Assembly (NCBI GenBank): GCA_963766075.1
Contig: CAVYAN010000090.1
Location: forward strand, 1-42,086
DNA length: 42,086 nt
Source of the DNA: an uncultured cyanobacterium
GTDB taxonomy: Bacteria > Cyanobacteriota > Cyanobacteriia > Leptolyngbyales > Leptolyngbyaceae
Direction of reading: 5' to 3'
In this document: one piece after another, positions 10,423-20,056 of the stretch
How the letters are laid out: every line of letters begins with the position of its first letter
Numbering within the stretch: position 1 is the first letter of the stretch
Notes under the pieces: generated by a model
What the model was told of the DNA's origin: nothing
Databases searched by the model: none
What the model saw: the letters and a program-made list of their open reading frames with translations, nothing else
Translations under genes and position numbers: made by a program

Positions 10423-11592
10423 ATGCACTACCGCCCGATTTATTTAGATTGCCACGCGACTACACCCTTGGATGAACGAGTTTTAGAGGCAATGCTGCCG
10501 TACTTTAGGGAGCATTTTGGGAATCCGGCCAGCTCCAGTCATATTTATGGATGGGAAGCCGAGGCGGCGGTCCAGGTGGCGCGGCGCGGCATTGCCAGTG
10601 CCATTCAGGCGACACCGGAAGAAATTATTTTCACGAGTGGGGCGACAGAGGCCAATAACTTGGCCATTAAGGGTGTAGCGGAAGCCTACATGAGTCAGGG
10701 ACGCCACATCATCACCGTGGCCACGGAACATAATGCCGTACTGGATACCTGCCGCTATTTGCAGTCCATGGGCTTTGATCTGACGATTTTGCCCGTCCAG
10801 GCGGATGGGTTGCTTGATCTGGCTGTCTTAGAGCAGGCAATGCGTCCCGATACGATTTTGGTGTCGGTGATGGCGGCGAACAATGAGATTGGGGTCGTGC
10901 AGCCCTTGGCCCAAATTGGTGCTCTGTGCCGCAGTCGGCAAATTTTGTTCCATACGGATGCGGCCCAGGCGATCGCCAAAATCCCCCTGGATGTCCATGC
11001 CATGCAGATTGACTTGATGTCCATGACCGCCCATAAGGTCTATGGACCTAAGGGCATTGGGGCCTTGTACGTGCGGCGACGGGATCCTCGGGTGCACGTG
11101 GCCCCCCAACTCCACGGGGGTGGGCAGGAACGGGGCATGCGGTCGGGCACGTTGTATACCCCGCAAATTGTGGGCTTTGCCAAGGCGGTGGAGGTGGCGA
11201 TCGCGGATATGGCCGCAGAAACGGCCCGCACCGTGGCTCTGCGCGATCGCCTGTGGCAGCCCATCAGTCAGCTCGACGGCGTTTACCTAAATGGGCACCC
11301 GACGCAGCGCCTTGCCAGCAACCTCAACATCAGTATTGCCGACGTGGATGCTGCGGCCCTCGCCCAGGGCTTGCAGTCCTTAGTGGCCTTTTCCTCTGGT
11401 TCGGCCTGCACCTCTGCCAAAAGTTTGCCCTCCCACGTCTTGACGGCCATTGGTCGCAGTGCTTCCTTGGCCCACGCCACGCTGCGGTTCGGCATTGGTC
11501 GGTTCAATACAGCAGCGGAGATTGATCAGGTGGCCACCTGTGCCGTTTCTACCATCCAATCCCTTCGCACGGCGGCACCCGTGAGCGGCTGA
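10423..11592 (+). CDS. iscS: Cysteine desulfurase, IscS/NifS type
   Basis: YLDCHATTP, FTSGATEANN, HTDAAQA, TAHKVYGPKG (PLP Lys), SSGSACTS. Confidence 0.9.
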   Translation: MHYRPIYLDCHATTPLDERVLEAMLPYFREHFGNPASSSHIYGWEAEAAVQVARRGIASAIQATPEEIIFTSGATEANNLAIKGVAEAYMSQGRHIITVATEHNAVLDTCRYLQSMGFDLTILPVQADGLLDLAVLEQAMRPDTILVSVMAANNEIGVVQPLAQIGALCRSRQILFHTDAAQAIAKIPLDVHAMQIDLMSMTAHKVYGPKGIGALYVRRRDPRVHVAPQLHGGGQERGMRSGTLYTPQIVGFAKAVEVAIADMAAETARTVALRDRLWQPISQLDGVYLNGHPTQRLASNLNISIADVDAAALAQGLQSLVAFSSGSACTSAKSLPSHVLTAIGRSASLAHATLRFGIGRFNTAAEIDQVATCAVSTIQSLRTAAPVSG

Positions 11593-11666
11593 TCCCGAAC
11601 CCCATTGCCTCCACCTCTCGCCCACGGTAAGCTCAAACCGTGGGCATTTGTATGGAGGAACACCTT

Positions 11667-12515
11667 GTGACAACCACGGACCAAGTTCTCGAGGTGGGGG
11701 GATTCAAGTGGTTTTACCGAGAGGCGCTGCCGCTAAATGCTAGCAATCGCGTGCCCGTGGTGTGCCTTCATGGATTAGTCTCCCAAAGCTATGGTTGGCG
11801 GCATGTATTACCCGCCCTGGCAGAGCAGGGATTTCGGGCGATCGCCCCCGACTGGTTGGGCTGTGGCTACTCGGATATGCCCGATCTACGGGACTTTGCC
11901 TATACACCGGATGCCTTTGTGGCCGCTTTGGCCGCTTGGTTGGATGCCTTGGAACTCCCGCGAGTGTCCTTGGTGGTGCAGGGATTTTTAGGGCCAATTG
12001 GCTTGCTCTACGCCCTCCGTTATCCAGACCGGGTAGAGCGATTGGCCATTTTGAACACGCCCTTGGATGCGACAGCAAAATTGCCCTGGAAGATTCAGCA
12101 AATGGGCATCCCTTTGGTGGGCGATATGTTGACCCAGGATCCGCTATTGGTCGATCGCACCTTGGAAGGCGGCGGCGGATACCGGGTTGAAGATAAAGAT
12201 TTGGATGTTTACCGCCGTCCCTGGTTGAAAACCTCTGATGCGGGCCGATCGCTGCTGCGCACGATCCAAAATTTGCAGTTGTCGGAAACAACGGCGGCGA
12301 TCGCGACGGGTTTTGCGGACTGGCCAAGACCCATTCTCGTGGGCTGGGGCGTTCGGGATCCTTGGCTGGCGGTGACAATGGCCGAAACGTTTGTCAAGAC
12401 TTTACCCCATGGAGACTTGGTAAAACTGGAAGAAGTGGGCCACTATCCTCAAGAAGATTGGCATGAAAAGGTGACTGCGATCCTGGTGCCCTTTTTACGC
12501 CGCCAGAGCCTTTAG
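11667..12515 (+). CDS. Alpha/beta-fold hydrolase (haloalkane dehalogenase-like)
   Basis: LHGLVSQSY, APDWLGCGYSD, WGVRDPW, GHYPQED; GGAGGA RBS before GTG 11667. Confidence 0.85.
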   Translation: MTTTDQVLEVGGFKWFYREALPLNASNRVPVVCLHGLVSQSYGWRHVLPALAEQGFRAIAPDWLGCGYSDMPDLRDFAYTPDAFVAALAAWLDALELPRVSLVVQGFLGPIGLLYALRYPDRVERLAILNTPLDATAKLPWKIQQMGIPLVGDMLTQDPLLVDRTLEGGGGYRVEDKDLDVYRRPWLKTSDAGRSLLRTIQNLQLSETTAAIATGFADWPRPILVGWGVRDPWLAVTMAETFVKTLPHGDLVKLEEVGHYPQEDWHEKVTAILVPFLRRQSL

Positions 12516-12588
12516 GACGGGTTGTCTGCGGCTTCTGATGGCGGCTTCTGATAGTATCAACATGGCGTAGGCAGCTTAGGATGAACCG

Positions 12589-14247
12589 GTGAACAGCTTG
12601 GCGCAGAAGGTGTGGGTGGGGTTTGCGATCGGGGTGACGATCGCGATTGCCCTGGCGGCCACCTTCTGGATTTTGGATCACCCCTTTGGCACAACGTGGG
12701 ATGAAGCCCGTTATATCAATCGGGCCAATCGCGACGTTGCTTTTTTTCGGGAGGGCGGCTGGAGTAGTTTGCTCAAGGTGCTAGTGAGTGAGGATCGCAC
12801 CCGTCCGCCAGCCTATCGGCTGTTGGTTTTACCGATTACCCTCATTTTTGGTGCTCCGGCGGCGCTGCTGCGCTTTATAGCCTTGGCGGGACTGGGCCTG
12901 AGTGTGGGGCTGACCTTTTTGATTGCCCAGCGGATTGCTGGCAGGACGGCTGGAGCGTTTACCGTGGCGTTTCTGTGCCTTTGCCCGATTGTGGTTGGCC
13001 CCGGCATGCGGTTTTATGTGGACTATCCCTATTACCTAGCGATCGCGGCGCTGCTTTACTTTCTTCTGGGCGACTGGCAGCCCTCCTCCCGCAACTGGCT
13101 GGGCTTGGGATTAGCCGTGGGGTTGGGCCTGCTGGCCAAGCCGCCATTTCTGCTGATGGGGATGCCGTTGTTGTTGCTCGCGGGCATCCTGCGCCACTAT
13201 CAGATTTGGACCGGGCCAGATTTACTCACCTTAGGGAAGGCGTTGGGGACGGGTATCGTTGTGGCCCTGCCCTGGTGGATATTTAACGCTAAACCGGCCC
13301 TGGCCAAGGCTTTTCGCTCCAGCGGCTATGTCCGCCATTCCCTAGGACCCAAGGGATCGCTAGGGGCATTGGCAGAATGGCTGCATGTGTTTACCGAAAC
13401 CCTGGTGGGTCCGGCTTTGATGGTTCTCCTCCTGGCCATTTTGGCAACGGTGGCGCTGAAATTCAGCCGCCGGGAACTCACCCTCAACCGGACGCAGGGG
13501 GTAGCGATCGCTGTTTGCCTGGTCGCCGCCCTACCCACACTGGTGCTCTCCATATGGGCCACCAACCAGAATCCGCGCTTAATTGCTCCGGCGTTGCTGC
13601 CCTTGGCGATCGCCCTCGGATCCCTGGCGGCTCTGACAGGCTGGACCACGTCTCGCTGGCTGGCCCCAGCGGCCATCGCCATCATGACCGTGCAACTGGT
13701 GGTCATGATCTCCCCAACACCGGGAAATCCGCGCTATCAGGCCAGTGATGCGATTGCCTCTGCGTTGCTGTGGGGCAATCCCTCAGATGTGATGCAGCGG
13801 GACGAGCAGCGCGACTGGGCGCAGTTGCGAGCCTTAATCCGCCAAAAAGGCATCGAGACCCCCCGTATTGCCTATTTGGGCGGTGGCGAAGGATTTACCG
13901 CACCAGAAATAGCAGCCCCGTGGGTCTTGGTCCAAGAGCCCATCGACATCCGCTGGATTTGGCGCTATGAAGAGGGCACATTGGATTGGCCTCAGGCGAT
14001 CGCGGCAGTCACAGCCAGTAATGTTGTCGTTACCGCCTTGGATATTCGGGGCAATGCTGCCAATAATGATGTCCTCGACAATCAACACAATGCAGAACTC
14101 ATTCAGCGCATGGCGGCCCTGCCTGACTTTAGCGGTCCCTTTGAACTCCGGCTCGGGCGCTTTGATCCCGCCAAAATCGTCGTATTTATCAAGAATTCTT
14201 CTGCTCCCTTACCCCCATCCAACCGACCCAAGCTGGATGTCTTCTAG
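12589..14247 (+). CDS. ArnT/PMT-like (GT-C) membrane glycosyltransferase
   Basis: WDEARY, RPP motif, many TM helices, GLGLLAK, C-terminal soluble domain. Confidence 0.75.
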   Translation: MNSLAQKVWVGFAIGVTIAIALAATFWILDHPFGTTWDEARYINRANRDVAFFREGGWSSLLKVLVSEDRTRPPAYRLLVLPITLIFGAPAALLRFIALAGLGLSVGLTFLIAQRIAGRTAGAFTVAFLCLCPIVVGPGMRFYVDYPYYLAIAALLYFLLGDWQPSSRNWLGLGLAVGLGLLAKPPFLLMGMPLLLLAGILRHYQIWTGPDLLTLGKALGTGIVVALPWWIFNAKPALAKAFRSSGYVRHSLGPKGSLGALAEWLHVFTETLVGPALMVLLLAILATVALKFSRRELTLNRTQGVAIAVCLVAALPTLVLSIWATNQNPRLIAPALLPLAIALGSLAALTGWTTSRWLAPAAIAIMTVQLVVMISPTPGNPRYQASDAIASALLWGNPSDVMQRDEQRDWAQLRALIRQKGIETPRIAYLGGGEGFTAPEIAAPWVLVQEPIDIRWIWRYEEGTLDWPQAIAAVTASNVVVTALDIRGNAANNDVLDNQHNAELIQRMAALPDFSGPFELRLGRFDPAKIVVFIKNSSAPLPPSNRPKLDVF

Positions 14248-14297
14248 CAACCCCGATCCGCTCTGGGAATGGCAAACTGCCGACAACCCACGGTTCG

Positions 14298-15114
14298 CTA
14301 GGGCTGCAACAGCATCGCGGGTGATTTTGCATCATTGCCCACTACTACCACCTTGGCATTTTTCGAGTCGGCTAGCTTCTCCATGGCTTGTATTTGCCGG
14401 AACTGGAGAATTTTGTCAGTGAGGCCCTGGGAAATAATCCGCTGGGAATCCGCCGTTCCCTGGGCTTCAATGCGCTTCCGTTCCGCCTCTTTCTTTTCTT
14501 TCTGTAGCACAAACTCCATGCGCTGGCTATCCTGTTCGGCTTGCAGCTTTGCCTGGACCGAGGCTTGAATGCTATCCGGTAGGGTGATGTTACGCAACAG
14601 AGTAGTTTCGACCAAAAGGCCGCGATCGCTCAAGGGACGACTGATTTCCTGCTGCAATTCCTGAGCCACCGCCTCTCGCTTCGAGGTATACAGTAGTTGC
14701 GCCGGATACTTGGCTGTGGCACTGCGGATGGCAGACCGGAATTGGGGCACCAGGATAATCTGGGCATACTCGGTGCCAATGGTTTGGTAAATCTGCTTAA
14801 CCTTGAGCGGATCGAGGCGATATAGGACGCTCACATCGGCGGTGACAATTAACCCATCTTGAGAAGGCGTTTGGGTCGTCTCCTTCAGTTCCTGGGTTTG
14901 CAACGAGAGCAGAACCACTTTGGCGAGGGGATTTTTGAGATGAATGCCAGCATCGAGCGTTTGGTCACTGACTTTGCCAAACTGATCGACGATGCCAATT
15001 TGTCCAGCGGGGACAATGGCCAGCGATCGCAGCAGGACAATCAATCCAGCGAATCCCATCAAACCCAGTGCTAACGTAGCAGGCAGCGATCTGTGGACTG
15101 AATATAGCTCTCAT
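14298..15114 (-). CDS. Prohibitin/SPFH (band 7) protein; probable 1-nt frameshift near start
   Basis: IVPAGQIGIV..FGKV, DGLIVTADVSVLYRL, LRNITLP, EAERKRIEAQG; ATG at 15114 is one base out of frame with ORF 14298-15062. Confidence 0.85.
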
Positions 15115-15304
15115 AGGTTAGCTGTAGCTGTTTACAACGCTTTCTGTTTACAACTGTATCTACAATGCCCAAAATCCAGATTACTGGAGCATTGGCCATC
15201 CTCTGGGTTGGGCATCCACTGCCGTGCCAAGGTTCTAGATAAAACTTCTAGAAAGAACTCTAGAAAAACAGTTGCAGAAAGAAATACAACAGCAACCATC
15301 GCCC

Positions 15305-16048
15305 TTAGACGGTCATCCCGGCTCCCGAATTGTCAGGATCAGGATGGAGCGCTGGGGAATTCTCAGCCGCAAAGTTCGGGACTGCATGGATTGCCGGATC
15401 TGGCGTTGCTACAGGGATTGGCATCTGGGCGATCGCGCGCTGCATTTCCCACTCCTGTACCAGTAACCCACCCAAATGTGCGATCGCAAGGCCCACCGCC
15501 ACTAAGGGCAGCACGTAGCTATGCAACATATACATGTGCAATACAGTCGGTGTGGCGATCGCACCGCCCCCGGTCACGATGTCGCGAATCTGAGCGCCAA
15601 CCAGGGGAATCGACTCAATAATGCCCAACTCCACCTTGAACCGCCAAAAGCCAATTTGTGACCAGTCCAAAATAATGGCCGTCCAGCTCAATCCGATCGC
15701 CACCAGTGCCAAAAAAATCCCACTGACCCAAGCGGTCAGCCAACTGGCCCGAAATCGCTCGCCAATAAACATGACAACAATCTGCACCAAGGCCGCGCCA
15801 ATCAGAAGATTGCCGGCAAGGTCATGCAGCTTCCGAATCAGCCAGCCAAAGTTGACATCGGCCGTAATTTTTTCTAGAGAAGTAAATGCAGCTCCGGCTG
15901 CGGGTTCGTAGTGAAAGGACAGCAGAACTCCAGTCACAGCGGCCATCAACGTCAAGGTCAAAACCACCACCGCCATTAAAGTCGAAATTCTACGAAACAC
16001 GTAAGCCGCATCTTTTACAGTTGAACGCATAGTTACAGTTGAACGCAT
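15305..16048 (-). CDS. Cytochrome b6-like N-terminal domain protein (PetB paralogue)
   Basis: TGVLLSFHYEP, FGWLIRKLH, LTAWVSG, LDWSQIGFW, IPLVG, YMLHSYVLP...H; start at 16048 or 16030. Confidence 0.85.
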   Translation of the reverse strand: MRSTVTMRSTVKDAAYVFRRISTLMAVVVLTLTLMAAVTGVLLSFHYEPAAGAAFTSLEKITADVNFGWLIRKLHDLAGNLLIGAALVQIVVMFIGERFRASWLTAWVSGIFLALVAIGLSWTAIILDWSQIGFWRFKVELGIIESIPLVGAQIRDIVTGGGAIATPTVLHMYMLHSYVLPLVAVGLAIAHLGGLLVQEWEMQRAIAQMPIPVATPDPAIHAVPNFAAENSPALHPDPDNSGAGMTV

Positions 16049-16093
16049 AATCAAAGATCCAAGACGCCTAGGGCCTGTCGGTTAATTATTTGG

Positions 16094-16111
16094 ATCATAA
16101 CGAAATGTAAA
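16094..16111 (-). promoter_or_regulatory. Candidate HLR1 (RpaB) site upstream of the cytochrome b-like gene
   Basis: Minus strand TTTACATT-tc-GTTATGAT vs (G/T)TTACAWW-N2-(G/T)TTACAWW; 2 mismatches. Confidence 0.4.
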
Positions 16112-16194
16112 CATAATTATCATATTCGTTTACACAAATCTCTCCAAAGAATCAGTCCGCAGCATCAGTCCGCCCCTTTCCTATATCGCGGAAC

Positions 16195-16221
16195 ATGTGT
16201 CGCGGAACTTCCGCGACACAT
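16195..16221. terminator. Perfect 13-bp inverted repeat just downstream of the SRPBCC gene
   Basis: atgtgtcgcggaa-c-ttccgcgacacat. Confidence 0.55.
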
Positions 16222-16229
16222 ATTGACGC

Positions 16230-16694
16230 TTAGGGCGGCGTCTGCTCCGCTACCTGCTTCAGACGGCGCAATTGTGCTTGCATATCGCGCTGGGTCAACC
16301 GAGCGGCAAAGGTGTGGAATCCAAAGCGCACGATGGGATTGGGAATGTGGAATTCAAATCGGTTGATTAGGCGAGTGCCCTGAGGGTGAGCTTGGCATTC
16401 CCAGCGATCGCGCCCTTGAAAGAATCCATCAAACTGCCACACAATCAGTCCGGGCTGCCTTTCAACGACTACACAGTTCAGGGCGGGGAAGAGCAAAGGC
16501 ACCTGCATCACAAATCGACATCTTGCCCCTAGCTCCGTAGACCATGTATCAATCGGCTCACAGCGCAGGGCAGGATTCAACCAGCGATGCATCAGATCCC
16601 GTTGGGTAATGCAGCGTTCAACCGTCGGGGGACTGGCATTAATGGCGATTGAGTGTTCAAACGCGTAGGGTTCGGCTTCACCCGTCTGTTTCAT
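16230..16694 (-). CDS. SRPBCC/polyketide-cyclase-like protein
   Basis: FEHSIAINAS..VERC, LMHRWLNP, VWQFDGFFQGRDRW, C-terminal helix DMQAQLRRLK; start uncertain. Confidence 0.8.
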   Translation of the reverse strand: MKQTGEAEPYAFEHSIAINASPPTVERCITQRDLMHRWLNPALRCEPIDTWSTELGARCRFVMQVPLLFPALNCVVVERQPGLIVWQFDGFFQGRDRWECQAHPQGTRLINRFEFHIPNPIVRFGFHTFAARLTQRDMQAQLRRLKQVAEQTPP

Positions 16695-17144
16695 AGCGGT
16701 GTTTCCTATGGTGGCGTTTTCTATGGCGGTGTTTCTGAAGTAGTCCTCATCGCTTCTTCCCGAGCTGATCCCCATTTTTCTGGCCGACCTTAGCCTTCCT
16801 TTGGCCCCGCATTTCCCTCTCGACGTAGACGGTTTTAAGATGCGGTAGTAAAAGTAGGGAAAGCTATCAAATTGTCAACGGTTGCTCATCCAGATTCAAC
16901 GAAATTTTAAATTAGTGTTTCCCAAAGCTTTTATCTTGGGGGCGTTACCAGTACTCTGGTGATGCAGCATAAGTGAATCTACTGTTTGCTTCAGTGTTGG
17001 GACGCGTTCTGGATGATTTTTACAGGTTGGACTGGGGCTGCATCTTTAAATAGGTCCGTCTCATCCTTTGACCACTGCGTTTCTTTTGACGACAGTTCCG
17101 GCGCGTTTCTCTCAATGAGAAATTTTTTGAGGATAACCGCAAGT

Positions 17145-18719
17145 ATGCATCACATTACACAAAGTTTTGGACAACTGGGAGAGATGGGCTTTGCCAGCTC
17201 AGTTTTTTCCGGGTTCGGAGAACTCCGTTCACCCATTTTACTCGCGCAGCAGGTGCCTGCCGATCTCGTCAATTGGGTCGGGATGATTGCCGGAGCCGTG
17301 GGGATTCTGCTCCTTGGGCTGGTGGTGGCAACCTTTGTGTCCAGTGCCCTCGGCAAGTTGCTCAAGAGTACGGGGTTTGAACAATCCCTCAACAACATGG
17401 TGGGGTCGGCTAGTGCCAGCCTGAATTTGGTCAAATGGCTGCAGGCCATCGTTTACTGGATCATCATGATCCTGGCGATCGTTGCCGCACTAAATGTGTT
17501 TAAGCTGACAGCGGTTTCGGAGCCTCTCAATGCCTTCTTGAACCAGATTTTTGCGTTCTTGCCAAAGCTGGGTTCTGCCGCTGTCCTAGTGGGCATTGCC
17601 TGGATTTTGGCCACGATCGCCAAAAGTGTCGTCATTCGCGCGGCGCGGTCTTTGAATTTGGATGAGCAGATGAATGCCCAGACCAATGACGGCCCCGTCC
17701 CCGTGGTCTTGAGCGAGACCCTGGGCAATGCGATTTACTGGTTTATTTTTCTATTCTTCTTGCCCTTGATTTTGGGCGTGCTGGGACTAGAGGGTCCGCT
17801 GGCTCCTGTCCAGAACGTGCTGAATGATCTGCTGTCGGCGCTGCCCAAGCTGCTCAAAGCGGTGATGATTGGAGCCGTGGGTTGGTTTGTAGCGCGGATT
17901 GTCCGCGAGATTGTCACCAATTTGTTGGCGGCCACGGGCGTTGACCAAATGGGTGAACGGGTGGGTTTGAGCCGCACCCGCGGGACCCAATCCTTTTCCT
18001 GGCTGATTGGCACGATTGTGTTTGTGCTGATTTTGATCCCGACGGCAACGGCGGCGTTGGATGCGTTGGCAATTCCAGCCATTTCCGGTCCGGCGACATC
18101 CATGTTGAATCAGCTGCTGAGCGCCATTCCGCTAATTTTTACGGCAGCCGTAATTTTAGTGGGTGCTTACCTGATCGGTAAGTTCGTCGCGGAATTGGTA
18201 AGTCAAATTCTGGAAGGGTTTGGCTTTAACAATGTTTTCCAGTGGCTCGGCATCGAGACCACTGTGGCAGCAGGTGCTAAGACGCCCTCGGAAATCGTGG
18301 GAATTGTGGTACTGGTCGGGATTCTGCTGTTTGGCACAGTTGCTGCGACGAATGTCCTAAACTTCCCGGCGCTGACTCTGATTGTCACGGGCCTGCTGGT
18401 GATTTTGGGTCAGATTCTCTCTGGGCTGGTGGTATTTGCCATTGGCTTGTACTTGGCAAATCTGGCCTTTAAGGTGATCACCAGTTCCGGTTCGGGCCAA
18501 GCGAAAATCCTGGGACAAACGGCACGGATTGCGATTATTGCCTTAGTGGCAGCGATGGCGCTGCAACAAATGGGCATTGCCCCGAATATTGTGAATCTGG
18601 CCTTTGGCCTGCTGTTGGGGGCGATCGCCGTTGCGGTTGCTATTGCCTTCGGTTTGGGTGGACGCGATGTAGCTGCCAACCAACTGCAAAATTGGTTTGA
18701 CACCTTTAATCGCAAATAG
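17145..18719 (+). CDS. Mechanosensitive-channel-type protein with repeated conserved TM-helix units
   Basis: Repeated (F/A)LPKL..A..I...GW..A units; C-terminal ALQQMGIAPNIVNLAFGLLLGAIAVAVAIAFGLGGR; start uncertain (16986-17145). Confidence 0.8.
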   Translation: MHHITQSFGQLGEMGFASSVFSGFGELRSPILLAQQVPADLVNWVGMIAGAVGILLLGLVVATFVSSALGKLLKSTGFEQSLNNMVGSASASLNLVKWLQAIVYWIIMILAIVAALNVFKLTAVSEPLNAFLNQIFAFLPKLGSAAVLVGIAWILATIAKSVVIRAARSLNLDEQMNAQTNDGPVPVVLSETLGNAIYWFIFLFFLPLILGVLGLEGPLAPVQNVLNDLLSALPKLLKAVMIGAVGWFVARIVREIVTNLLAATGVDQMGERVGLSRTRGTQSFSWLIGTIVFVLILIPTATAALDALAIPAISGPATSMLNQLLSAIPLIFTAAVILVGAYLIGKFVAELVSQILEGFGFNNVFQWLGIETTVAAGAKTPSEIVGIVVLVGILLFGTVAATNVLNFPALTLIVTGLLVILGQILSGLVVFAIGLYLANLAFKVITSSGSGQAKILGQTARIAIIALVAAMALQQMGIAPNIVNLAFGLLLGAIAVAVAIAFGLGGRDVAANQLQNWFDTFNRK

Positions 18720-18737
18720 ACCCTGAATCACGATGCT

Positions 18738-18848
18738 AGCGGCGGGGTCTTACACACCCGCCGCTGATCATGCCTCATTATTTGTGACTTAACTATTTGC
18801 ATAAAAAATTCCCCCATCAATCCGGGAGTTTTTTATGCAAATTTTTTT
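18738..18848 (+). terminator. Two tandem hairpins after the channel gene; the second is followed by a T-tract
   Basis: agcggcggg/cccgccgct (18738-18765); atttgcataaaaaattccc/gggagttttttatgcaaat (18795-18842) then T-run. Confidence 0.7.
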
Positions 18849-18883
18849 GTCGTCTTTTGTGATCATTTTGAGAGGCGATCGCG

Positions 18884-18900
18884 TATAGTACAAATGTATG
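18884..18900 (+). promoter_or_regulatory. -10-like TATAGT overlapped by a cyanobacterial LexA-box-like site
   Basis: AGTACAAATGTATG (18887-18900) vs RGTACNNNDGTWCB, one mismatch. Confidence 0.45.
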
Positions 18901-19098
18901 CATTCGCGCCAGAATCTGTTTAGGGCCTAGTGAATCCCTGGCATGCTGAAGCCGGCAACGTAATGAGATGAATGACGTTGTTGGACAAAGCCACCCGTCT
19001 TCCCGCTCTGACTACCCGCTCTGACTACCGCCCCAAAATTGTTCTGATGCTGTCTGAGCATGGGCAACAGCAATCTTCTTTTCCTCAAGGGTTACCCG

Positions 19099-19587
19099 AT
19101 GACTCAGCAACTATCCCAGCCTCCGCACCCCGCACCCAGAGACCTTTCTGTCTCAAAGACCTATCCCCCGAGTAGGCCCAAGGTCGCCGCTCGAGCCGCC
19201 ACTCAAGCCGCTATCAAAAAGACCAGTGTGAAATATATGCTGGCCGGAGGATCCATCCTGGCGGCGCTAGGGCTACTGATGGATTTTCGGTCTCTGGTGC
19301 CGACGCCTTCGGGATCTCAGGAAGTCTGCCAGCGGGTCGTGCGGGCCGATGCCTTACTCTCGCGGGAAACGCTGTCAAAGCTCCTGACTGTGCCCGAACG
19401 GACTCCCCAAGGGGCGGCACGGCAAATTTTGAGCCAGCCCTACTGCATTTTGCCAGCGTTGCAGGTGCGCGCGGGAGTTATGGCTCAGCGTGAAGCCTAT
19501 CCCTTGGACTTTGATTCGCAAACGTGGCTGGTGGTGCTGTATGAGGGAGAGGAATATGCCGGATATGCGTTTAGTTTTCGCCATTAG
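19099..19587 (+). CDS. Hypothetical protein with a single N-terminal TM anchor
   Basis: Hydrophobic YMLAGGSILAALGLLM; two Cys; C-terminal REAYPLDFD..WLVVLYEGEEYAGYAF. Confidence 0.75.
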   Translation: MTQQLSQPPHPAPRDLSVSKTYPPSRPKVAARAATQAAIKKTSVKYMLAGGSILAALGLLMDFRSLVPTPSGSQEVCQRVVRADALLSRETLSKLLTVPERTPQGAARQILSQPYCILPALQVRAGVMAQREAYPLDFDSQTWLVVLYEGEEYAGYAFSFRH

Positions 19588-20056
19588 TCAGGGGGGCGAT
19601 CGCGCCGGGGGGCGGGGCGTTTGGTGGCTGTCCCTAAGCCTTTTCCTACTGTTGAGCGCTTGTAGCGCTCCGCCCCCACCCGATAAACCCTTGGCCGTGC
19701 GACTTTACCAAACCTGGGAACTGCAACCGGGGGACCAACTCCATGGCTACGCAGTACTGGGAGGCTTGGGAGACATTTCCATTGCGCTGCGCGGTCAATC
19801 GGTTTATGCACCTTTCGATGGCAAAACAGAGCGCGATACGCGCCAATGCCTGGTGTTTTCTAGTCCGGAGGTACCCGCCTATCTATTTCGGTTATGCGGC
19901 GTCCGGGGCCAAAAGTTAGGGGCGATCGCCCGAGGTGAATCCATGGGCACTGCCGACATTCTGCAATTTGCCGCCCTGCGCAAACAGCCCAACAACACGT
20001 GGGCCATGGTCGAACCCAGCAAGTCTATCCTCGAACGCACCCTAACCCGCTCATGA
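19565..20056 (+). CDS. Lipoprotein with degenerate M23/LytM-like domain
   Basis: Lipobox LSAC; GDISIALRGQSVYAPFDG, GAIARGESMG, LQFAALR, MVEP; overlaps the upstream gene. Confidence 0.65.
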   Translation: MRLVFAISQGGDRAGGRGVWWLSLSLFLLLSACSAPPPPDKPLAVRLYQTWELQPGDQLHGYAVLGGLGDISIALRGQSVYAPFDGKTERDTRQCLVFSSPEVPAYLFRLCGVRGQKLGAIARGESMGTADILQFAALRKQPNNTWAMVEPSKSILERTLTRS

